From the NCBI GenBank assembly GCA_964016885.1, contig OZ024746.1, positions 84,010,001 to 84,074,000 of the forward strand: 64,000 nt of DNA. The letters run 5' to 3'. This DNA is from Eledone cirrhosa (taxonomy: Eukaryota). The notes under the pieces were generated by a model, which was given only the letters and a program-made list of their open reading frames with translations, was not told the DNA's origin and made no database searches. Shown here piece by piece: positions 1 to 64,000 of this stretch. Numbering within the stretch: the stretch's first letter is position 1; each line of letters begins with the position of its first letter. The position numbers were made by a program, and so were the translations under genes.

Positions 1-323
1 AATATGCCGTGGAGGGATTTCTTTTTAGATAGATTTCGCTGTTTGTTCTTGCAGATCGAACCACCACGTAGAAACTCTCATATTGGTTTCTTGATTTCAC
101 GAAATCATATGAGGGTGTTAAATTTAGCCACAGGTTAAGTCTACTATCAAAATTATGTGCAGGATATATATATATGTATGTAAAAGGTAAACAGAAATAA
201 CAACACAATCGGTACAGTATATGGAAGGTATATATTAGGTTAACGCTTGATATAGCAGGAAGAGGGTTTTAACGTTTCGGTAAGAAAGAATGAGTAATAA
301 AATAGATTGAGAAGACGGGCGGG

Positions 324-400
<77 letters not shown>

Positions 401-401
401 C

Positions 402-542
402 ACGGCTATTTCCAGAAATAGCTGTCGAAACGGCTTGAGCTCTGCCGTCGGGGTCAAACATTTTCCTATTACCCACTCTACTACCCTAAGCACTGAGTAT
501 TCTGGTGCGTTATGGTCCATCTGGTTCCTTACCACACCTTCG

Positions 543-546
<4 letters not shown>
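402..546 (+). mobile_element. PLE (Naiad-like) terminal repeat fragment with 3' half hammerhead
   Basis: Homologous to 6420-6727, 14446-14646 and 50531-50735; GAAAcggc...gccgtC ggggtc motif; flanked by (TA)n. Confidence 0.65.
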
Positions 547-620
<74 letters not shown>

Positions 621-751
621 GTAAGGTTCTTTTTTTTTTTTGTTTTTTTTTTTTACAAAATGAAAAAGAACCGAGGTGTCGTACACGAGTGAAAGTATAA
701 AGAAAAAAAGGATGAAATCGAAAATGCAACTGGAGTCTTATTTAAAAAAAA

Positions 752-782
<31 letters not shown>

Positions 783-1144
783 TATATATATATATAAATA
801 GATGGGTTATATACTAAATTATTGAGAAGAATTTTTAATATCAGCTGGAGAGATCATATATCCAACAGATAGCTATACCAAGGTCTGTCATAGCTATCGG
901 ATACCATTCAGAAGAGAAGATTACGTTTTGCTGGGCATTGCCACACCACAGAGCTAGGGACCAACACATTTCTAAGCTTTTAATTTGGTCACCATCATGA
1001 GGACAGGAACGAAAATCTTTCCGAAATTGCTCAGATAGGGAGCTGGTATAAACTCTGATTCTGTAATCAAAGTCATGATGGGGGACAAAGACAGTTGGAG
1101 ACAGAGAATGAAAGATGTTATACTTTTGTCTGCGGACAGCTGAT

Positions 1145-1221
<77 letters not shown>

Positions 1222-3003
1222 AAGATAACTGTCAGAATTAATTTATGCTGATTTAGTGAATACATTTCAATAAATTTTTATAGTTTCGTTGTCAAGAAAA
1301 TTTTAGTTAAAATTCACAATCAATACAAAAAAAAAAAACAAAAAAAACTGATTCTAATGAATTCCGCACAGAAACGTCTGTGAGTTATTATTATTCAAAG
1401 TTAATACACTTTCGAAACTATAGCGGCAAGTCTCTATAATGCATTCCGTTGTTGGGTAGTACTAAAAACACATCATCCTTTTGCAGTGTATCCAGTGAAA
1501 AGCTCCTTGCTCTCTTCTTCTCTTGTTAACGAAACACTCATGGATTTTACAGCAACTCTGCTGTCTACAGTAGTTAATTGTTTCTACTATGTACATCTAG
1601 GTGGGCTGAGACTTTTAACATATAAGACTCTGAACACGAAGCTAGTATTGGTGACTATATACGTATTACCAACCATTCACTTAAATGTATGGTACTAATT
1701 CCATTCCGTTACCGCCAGTCTTCATCCTATTATTTAACCACAAAGAATGTCTATGGCGGGTGATTCATTAACTTACAGTGATCAGACTGGTTACATCCTT
1801 ATTTGAACTGATCTTTGCAAGTAAAACTTGTCTTAAATTTGTTACTGCTGGCCTAATGTTAAATTGTTTTGAATTAATCGACTTTTAACTGCAGAGTTAT
1901 GTAAAAACAAAAGCACACAAACACACACATGCACAAAAACATTACTCTCAACGAGATTTGAATTCAGAACAAAAAATACAAATGCCTCAGTTTTGTTGAA
2001 GATGAAAAATAGTAAAAGAGCGTCATTCCTATCGTTGTTGAGTAGAGAACCTTCAGAGAATCGGTATTTGTTACTGCTCTCTTTATTATGTTCAAATCCT
2101 GTCGCGGTCAACTTGCTGTGCACTACTTCAGGGTCGATAAATAAAGTACCAGTCAAGTTCCGAGGTAATTTCTTTCTCTCGGAGTCGGCTATCTCGGAGA
2201 GACTAAAAAAGCAGTGTTTTTAGTCACGCCCCAGTCAAATCTTTCATCACTGTTCTGTGAAGAAAGAAAAAAAAAGAAAAGAAAAGAAGGAAATAAAGAA
2301 ATTACACATGATCAAAGGCATTCTAGTTCATTCACACGCATTCCATTTTGGGGATGGGGGATCTTGGATTACATTATCAAATGGCCCCTTTTCAAGATGG
2401 TGGGATGAAATTTTAGGGAGATTTGGTTACTATATTAAGCAGGTCGAACAACCACAGAGAAACCCCTTCGTTGGTTTCTAAGAATGTTACTTGCAACGTA
2501 AGTGAAGTGATTTCTTTTTCTTTGTTTATTCCTGGTCCATGCTGTACTTACACATGTTTCGAGCATTTGACGGTTCCAGTAGCAGATTAGTTTCTCCGTG
2601 AGAAAAGGCTGCTAGACCTTTGCACATGCCTTCCATTTTGGGATAAATAGCTGCTCTGAATGGTCCACACATGACTCTTCTCCAGGTGCAACATAGCTGA
2701 TTCCGGCAGTGAGAAAGAAGAATAAAACTCAGTACTGGACTGGTATTTTATTTATCGGCCATGGAAGTATGAGCTTGGTGGGATTTAAATTCAGCGCAGA
2801 GAGCCAGAAAAAATATCTCGTAGTATTCTCTTCGACGCTTTAATGACTCTGCCAATTCGTCACCTTCTTTAAATGATTTTAACGAATTATATTTGCAGAA
2901 ACAAGTTTGTAATTTAGTAGTTTACCTTGACAGTCAATGTGTATGTATGTATGTATGTATGTATGTATGTATGTATGTATGTATGTATGTATGTATGTAT
3001 GTA

Positions 3004-3604
3004 TGTCAGGCCACCGATTGGTGCTACTGGTAACATGTATCCCAGTACAACCTGTCCCATGGTCGGGTCGTTGGCGACTAAACTGGCAACCCCACCAAGG
3101 TTTCTTGGTAAGGAGGGTGACTTTGGACATCCTGCAGGACTAAAAACAAAACCTGTCAAAGGGCAAAGGAGCTCTTAAGAGTCAATGGCCATCCAAAATC
3201 ACCGGGACAGTTGACCCCTTAGCCTTTGTCAAGGCAGAATTCTAGGAGAAGGAAAACTCTGATATAACACCTGCAACCCTGATGGTATCCAATGATGTTG
3301 ACTTGTTCTTCTTTTTGGTAAATATCATCTTGGTTAAGAGAGTGGGACTGGCTTTGTGCAGTGCCTTTGCTCACTATAAAAGCTTCACGGCACAGGCATT
3401 GCTTTATATCTGGAGATCTCTCTGCACTTGTCGTCACATGGTACCATGGGCCCAGCACTATGTGTCAATAATTGTAGTGTTTGTTCCAGAGTTTTCAAGT
3501 TGCTGGCTGGACTAAGAAGTCACACTCGTTCAGCGCATCGGTAGGGATTCTCCTACATGGATATAAAGTAGTGGCCGTACTCGAAAACGAGTTGGCAGCC
3601 ACCA
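3004..3604 (+). mobile_element. 610-bp TG...CA non-coding repeat family, copy 1 (9-bp deletion)
   Basis: High identity to 23420-24029 and 27927-28536; same termini; inserted in (TATG)n. Confidence 0.85.
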
Positions 3605-3656
3605 CACCATGTATGTATGTATGTATGTATGTATGTATGTATGTATGTATGTGTGC

Positions 3657-3715
<59 letters not shown>

Positions 3716-4530
3716 CACGCGAACTTGGGTTGGCTGGGGTGTCGAACTTCTTAGATATTCGAAAAGGTGGGATAACCAAAGCCTGAACACCGTTCATCAA
3801 AAGTTTACTCGATCAGAACTGATTTAAAGTCACACAAAACAAAAACAAAAAAATGTTTGTCATGGTTGTAGAATTACTCGTATAATTATCAACTTTGAAG
3901 GGTTAAATAAATAACAGTTTAAACTAATTGCTCTGTTTCAAACAAAATTATTCCATACTCAATTAAATTCACTTGATTAAATTAATTTGACTTAAATTCT
4001 AAATCATGACCGTGAAAGCGGTTGGCATGGCGGTTAAGGTGTTCGGCTGAAGATCGTAATGTCGTGTGTTCGATTCCCGGACTGCGTGCCCTATTGTGTT
4101 CTCGAACAAGATAATTTTATTTCACGTTGTTTCAGTTTTCTCAGTTGGCAAACATGAGTTGCACCTGTACTTCAAAGAGCCAGCTTTGCCGCACACAGTG
4201 TCACGCTGTTTGTGGAATGCTAAACTACATGTACGTTAATTTTATGAGCTGACTGTTCCGTTGGTCGAATGCGTGTTTCTGTCGTGTGAAAACGCCAGAA
4301 ACTTGTTTCAGCATCTCCGACAAAAAGTACATAAGCCATAGCTTATACCTGTCTCAGTACAGAGTTAGTAAAAGTCACAGTTGATGGGAAACACATGTCT
4401 ACCGTCCCAAAAGCAGTAATATGACCACAGCGAAACTGATATGTGTTTTATATTCATAAACATATGGTATATGCCTTGATTATATACAACTCTATTATGA
4501 ATCACACTATGTTGGCACCACTGCTAATAT

Positions 4531-4564
<34 letters not shown>

Positions 4565-4651
4565 TGTATACTCCAGTCCTACAAACTGTAGAGTGCTTCT
4601 TATCCGATATCTGCATTGCTTTATTGTACTACAATAAAACTCACCTGCTAC

Positions 4652-4695
<44 letters not shown>

Positions 4696-4736
4696 TTCAA
4701 AATATTAACAAAAATAGAGATTCGTGTGATCAAGTA

Positions 4737-4803
4737 TATTTTATTATACATATTTCAGAGGTACTGAGCTATCTTCAACAGTACGTCCTCATCAGATAAA
4801 ATA
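4737..4803 (-). ncRNA. Type I hammerhead ribozyme (PLE-associated, minimal stem III)
   Basis: Minus strand: tattttat CTGATGA ggacgtactg-loop-cagtacctct GAA atatgtat A ataaaata; 8-bp stem I, AUA cleavage triplet. Confidence 0.75.
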
Positions 4804-4952
4804 AGATGATGTATATATATATATATTGTTCTACTTTCAGTCAGTCGGTTGCCGTGAATAACAACTTGAGAAAAATCGTATAAAATGCCCCTACGTCCGG
4901 AAAAAAGTGACCAAGGGCCACTAAGAAGAATCAAACTTCGTATCTCATAGCC

Positions 4953-5019
<67 letters not shown>

Positions 5020-5142
5020 ATACTTTGGGAGGGTCATGTTGCTAATAAGAAACACACGCAACATGACCCTCCCAAAGTATAACAATATCGGTTTCAACAC
5101 ACGATTTCAGATAAAGAATCTTGCTAAACAAATTCAGAAACG

Positions 5143-5227
<85 letters not shown>

Positions 5228-5729
5228 ATTTATATATATTTATATATATTTGTGTGTGTGGCGTTATGCATATGTGCATACTTACAGACATACAGACATT
5301 TCGATTTGTACCTGTGATCACTGGGGGACTGGGATATGTTATTAATTACCACAATACAAATATTGAGATGCTGGGCTTCACAGAACCACAGAGAGCTCGG
5401 TTAATTAGGAATTTGCTAGTACACGCCATTAATAGAACTGTAAAATGAAGTAAAACATTTCAGAAATCCGGCATGTAATAACTGCATATACACACTTATA
5501 GATACAGAAATATGTGCACGTGGACACACATAACTCAAAACATAGAACCACACTTGCAATAGCATCCATACCTGCACTCAAACAAATACAAATATACACA
5601 CGTATCTACCTAGTTGATGTCTAAATTCCAATAAAAGAGTCCTGTTTCCTATGTTTGGAAACCGGCTCTCTCTCTATTGGGGAAAATTTATAAAATAATA
5701 AAACCAGATGAACATACACCCATGTATGG

Positions 5730-5765
<36 letters not shown>

Positions 5766-6419
5766 GTTATTAGGTGGGTAACTTGTAGTTATTAGCGGCG
5801 AAGCACCACTCGATGCCGTTACTGTGCCCGTCTCTCGTTAGGTTGTGCTCCAGGTTTAAGGCGGCTGTAGTTTGTAGAGTGTATATATATATATATAATA
5901 TATATATATATAATATATATATATATATATTATATATATATATATATAATATGAATATATAATAATAACAACAATAATAATAATAATTGTTTCTACTTTT
6001 GGCACAAGGCCAGCAATTGCCCAGTACATTACTGGTACTTTATTTTATCGACCCCGTAAGGATGAAAGGCCACGTTAACCTCGGCGGGATTTGAACTCAG
6101 ATCATAAAGGGACGTAACTCTATGCTTCAAAGCATGGTGTCCGACTCTCTACCGATACTGCCAATAGGACATATGTATCGTAGGAGAGGAGGAGATAGAG
6201 AGATAAAGATTACTAAATGCCGATAGCCGAAGCGAAGTGTGCTCAATGCTTGGGTTAGCAGTGTTAAATATTAGAGAGGATTTAATATTTAGTAGAGTGT
6301 TCAAGCGGAGCAGGTACAAGCAAGTGAATAAATGAAGGAGTTTCTAGCCGTAATAACAAGTTCTTTATACAAATCTTACATAATGTTTCACCTGCATTTA
6401 TATATATATATATATATAT

Positions 6420-6727
6420 ATAGGAACAAGTAGGACCCCGACGGCTGAGCTCAAGCCGTTTCGACGGCTAATTTTGGCAAGTTCTTTCACCCGCACCATG
6501 CGAAAACACAACATCGACTTCTTCATCAAGGACATCCCAGTCCCACCGAGAAAACTCTACCTTCGGATGCTCACGCAAAAAATCGACCAGTCCAGAATTA
6601 GCAGTCGAAACGGCTTGAGCTCAGCCGTCGGGGTCCTACTTGTTCCTATTACCCACTCTACTACCCTAAGTATTGAGTACTTTGGTGCGTTATGGTCCAT
6701 CTGGTTCCTTACCACATTTCCTTCGTT
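6420..6727 (+). mobile_element. PLE (Naiad-like) derivative: inverted arm, N-terminal ORF fragment and terminal repeat
   Basis: Inverted arms 6420-6477 and 6592-6649; spacer encodes MRKHNIDFFIKDIPVPPRKLYLRMLTQKIDQ (6498-6590), resembling the YSxKNIPxP...LxxKxE N-terminus of Naiad/Chlamys PLE ORFs; in (TA)n. Confidence 0.7.
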
Positions 6728-6927
6728 ATATATATATCGTCCGACGAACGAATGAAGACGTTTCTTTCGCATTCGCCTTATTCGGAAAACCTCTGGTAAT
6801 GAGGTAATTATATTGTAATTATATTGTATTGTCGTTTTTTATACATTAAATTTTGCTCTGGTACTTACATAGAGCACTCTTCACTCCTATGACTTTTTCT
6901 GTTTTCAACGGAAACTTCAATACCTAT

Positions 6928-6982
<55 letters not shown>

Positions 6983-7474
6983 TGAATTATGTTCCGTACA
7001 AGCGTGGAAAGCCATTAGTTAAATGTATATAGTACGTCACATGAAGAAATTTATTGATTTCGGCAAATCTAACGTAACCTAATCAACGAGTTAGCAAGAG
7101 TCCAAAATAAACCGATTCGCTAAGCAATGATGCATCCTAGCAGAAGTACAAAACAGTACATTGCCTGATATGTATCCTGGCACCACTGACGTCATCACTT
7201 TCAGTGTCATTTCTACTGTTGCGAATGTTCTTTCATCATCACTACGCCACCATCACCACCACCACCACCGCCGCCGCCACAACAATAACAGCATCATCAT
7301 CATCATCATCACCATTATCCTTTCCATCACCAATCACTACGAATATTATATCATCGCTTTTATCATCATCCACATAATCAGCCTTTCCATCGCCAATTTG
7401 CTATATCACCAGATTGCTTTATCATCACTGTCACCACCACCACCACCACCACCACCACCACCACCACCACCACC

Positions 7475-7507
<33 letters not shown>

Positions 7508-8813
7508 GTCATCACTTCCACTCTCATGATTATCGGTACACGAATCTCACCTTTACAACCATTATTACCACACCCCCACAATTAACACCACAACTAACGA
7601 GCCATCGAAGTAGCTCCTATATGGTTGCTCGATATACTAGAAATAACAGCCAAGGGTCTTTCAAATCATTTTCTGTTTTTGGGTAGGAACCGACAAGCTG
7701 GCTTCTGTAGTCCTATACCCCCAACAGTAAGTCGGAATCATTAAGGAGTTCCCTTTGCAAATATCAGGTCGCAGGCTCGATTCCACTGCGTAGCATTTTG
7801 GGCAAGTACAATAAAGAGAAAGAGATGGTGAGAGAATCTCAGATTGAATATATCTCTATAAACTAAGGCATATCGTTGGCAAACTCTTTTGCCATCTCCT
7901 CTTCGGGGCGTAGCTAAGATAATGTTTTCAACAAAGGGTATGGAGTTTGTATTTTTCTGTGTTTTCTTTTTACTGTGTACAAATGTTTTAATGTATTTAT
8001 TAAGTTATTTTCAGTTATTTTATTTATTAAAGACTGTAAGAAACCAGTGTCCGACTCCATAACGTTTCTGTCAATCCACTTCCTTTTTTTTTTGCTGGAA
8101 ATATTATCCATTTCCATTAGTTGAAGAAATCTGCCGACCTAAGCAGTTTCAGTGTTACTTAGAATGTGACACCACACATAATTATCCTTTCCTCAACCAC
8201 CAGCAAATAAATAAATACACAAATAAATAGATAAATAAGTAAATAAAATATTTCAAACATTTGAAATCATATATATATATACACCCTAACAAATAAATTA
8301 ACTTTACTGTCATTTTTCTTGATCTTATTGTTATTGATTATATATTTAAAGAAATGTTTCTAATTTTCAGATATGTTTTTTATTATCATTACTTTTTAAC
8401 TGTTGTAGTGTATTTGAGAGTTGGTTGCGATGGTGATGTAAACAGATTTTAGCTGTTAAATTGCATTTTGGGTGCAGTCAACAGCATACTATGACGCCAT
8501 CTAAACTTTTGGTGGTTCCTTTTTTTGTTGTTGCTGTTGTACAGTTGATATTGTTGCTGACGGAAGTAATCTGCATTAGATCTTTCTTAGTATCTGGTTT
8601 CAATGCCTTAATTTTTTATGGTCCAGTTGATTGGGGAAGGGCTGTACCTATTATATTTCAACGGGGGTCTTTAATAATTTTAGATGTTGGTGGTGGGATG
8701 ACAAGGGTGTGTTTAATTCTTTTGGGGTTACTGCAGTAGGGAGCGGCACACCAGACTGTCGAATTATCCTCAAACCGGAAACCTGGTTTGAATGCTTGTA
8801 ACAGTAAAATACG

Positions 8814-9329
8814 TTAAACACACCCGATGACCATGTAGTAGTATTAAACACACCCGATGACCATGTAGTAGTATTAAACACACCCGATGACCATGTAGTA
8901 GTATTAAACACACCCGATGACCATGTAGTAGTATTAAACGTCACAGATGACCATGTAGTAGTATTAAACACACCCGATGACCATGTAGTAGTATTAAACA
9001 CACCCGATGACCATGTAGTAGTATTAAACACACCCGATGACCATGTAGTAGTATTAAACGTCACAGATGACCATGTAGTAGTATTAAACGTCACAGATGA
9101 CCATGTAGTAGTATTAAACGTCACAGATGACCATGTAGTAGTATTAAACGTCACAGATGACCATGTAGTAGTATTAAACACACCCGATGACCATGTAGTA
9201 GTATTAAACGTCACAGATGACCATGTAGTAGTATTAAACGTCACAGATGACCATGTAGTAGTATTAAACGTCACAGATGACCATGTAGTAGTATTAAACG
9301 TCACAGATGACCATGTAGTAGTATTAAAC
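8814..9329. repeat. 30-bp minisatellite, 17 units, two variants
   Basis: Constant atgaccatgtagtagtattaaac plus acacccg (A) or gtcacag (B). Confidence 0.95.
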
Positions 9330-9837
9330 GGATGACTGTTCAAGTCACAGTCCATCTAATGAGCTTTTCTACCGTTTCCGTCTACAAAACTTCAGTTAAC
9401 TCGAGGCTACGGTAAAAGACACTTGATTATTTAAGGCACCGTAGGGTGGTGGATTGGCAGTATCGGTAGAGGGTCGGACGCCATACTTTGTAGCATGGAG
9501 TTACGGCCCTTTATGATCTGAGTTCAAATCCCGCCGAGGTTAACTTTGCCTTTCATCCTTACCGGGTCGATAAAATAAGCACCAGTAACGTACTGGGGTC
9601 GATTTAATCGATTTTACCCTCCCCCCAAATTGCTGGCCTTGTGCCTATATAAGAAACCATTATTTAAGGCACCGTACAGTGGGATGGAGCCGGATTTCGA
9701 AGAGAACAGCTTAACTACACGGGGATGTAATGGTGTCAGTATTACTTTTCCTCTTTTGAAGACAATTAATATATAACTCCAATGATGTATATATATCTTC
9801 TTGGATTCTTTAAGTAATTGATATTATTGCTGATTCT

Positions 9838-9913
<76 letters not shown>

Positions 9914-10196
9914 TTGAACCGGTTGTCCACATATATTTATGAAATTTGCTACAAAATTTCAGAAACTCTAGGGTTTAATTTGATGTCTAACATTCCATTA
10001 AGCACAAAAGAGTTTATTTGCCCTATATATAGTATTTGCTTTTGTAATCCCCACCCACACTGCTATTCTTCATTGTGACATCTTTCCAAATTTCTTAATG
10101 CTATCATAAAAGGTGTGGGACCTTAGGCCTCGTCAAAAGTAAAGAATATTTCAGCGATTTTGATTTTTAACCAACATACCATGATTATCATTTCAG

Positions 10197-63661
<53,465 letters not shown>

Positions 63662-64000
63662 GTAAGTACTAATATTTCTAGTTAATTTCTCTTATGTATT
63701 AACAGGCTGGGTGGGATGACTTTGGTGGTGGGGCTGAAGAAATGTGATTGGAAATCTTTAAGACTTTCAGCAATATTTATTCAATAATATCAAGTGGTAT
63801 TATTTAAAACAAACAGGTGGTGGATTGGCAGTATCGGTAGAGGGTCGGACGCCATGCTTTCCAGCATAGTTACGTCCCTTTACGATCTGAGTTCAAATCC
63901 CGCCGAGGTTGACTTTGCCTTTCATCCTTACGGGGTCGATAAAATAAAGAACCAGTAATGCACTGGGTAATTGCTGGCCTTGTGCCTAAAGTAGAAACAA

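Noticed and set aside
3219-3515. ORFs recurring at three loci (MLGPWYH..., MVSNDVD...)
   Set aside because: They recur only because they lie in the 610-bp repeat; no recognisable domain
4015-4085. tRNA-like sequence
   Set aside because: Degenerate SINE head that continues into a SINE body; no intact cloverleaf
7161-7686. Poly-His / poly-Pro ORFs
   Set aside because: (CAC)n/(CAT)n microsatellite with no splice or domain support
8651-9355. 234-aa ORF of FNTTTWSS repeats, and CRISPR-like look of the array
   Set aside because: The ORF is open only because the 30-bp unit lacks stops. There are only two 7-bp spacer types, no cas genes, and the context is eukaryotic

Overview
AT-rich, microsatellite-dense eukaryotic genomic DNA. 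The repeat repertoire suggests a coleoid cephalopod such as Octopus (inference, not proven). The window is dominated by one + strand intron-rich gene that the ORF track largely misses. Fifteen GT-AG exons (10197-63661, 1743 coding nt, all splice phases compatible) encode four tandem C-type lectin domains plus a Ser/Thr/Pro linker, i.e. a mannose-receptor-like multi-CTLD protein. Its start exon was not identified and it continues past the window. The introns hold tRNA-derived SINEs, RTE and R4/Dong-like LINE remnants, mariner/Tc1 MITEs, a Helitron remnant, a 610-bp TG...CA element (3 copies), a candidate TRIM and three minisatellites. Most notable is a dense set of Penelope-like element (PLE) ends in (TA)n tracts that carry type I hammerhead ribozymes: several with intact cores, one sense to the pre-mRNA, a recurrent CUGAAUGA core variant, and half-ribozyme palindromes. 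Two near-identical inverted 610-bp repeats bracket exon 4. All structures were read and folded by eye; repeat boundaries are approximate.
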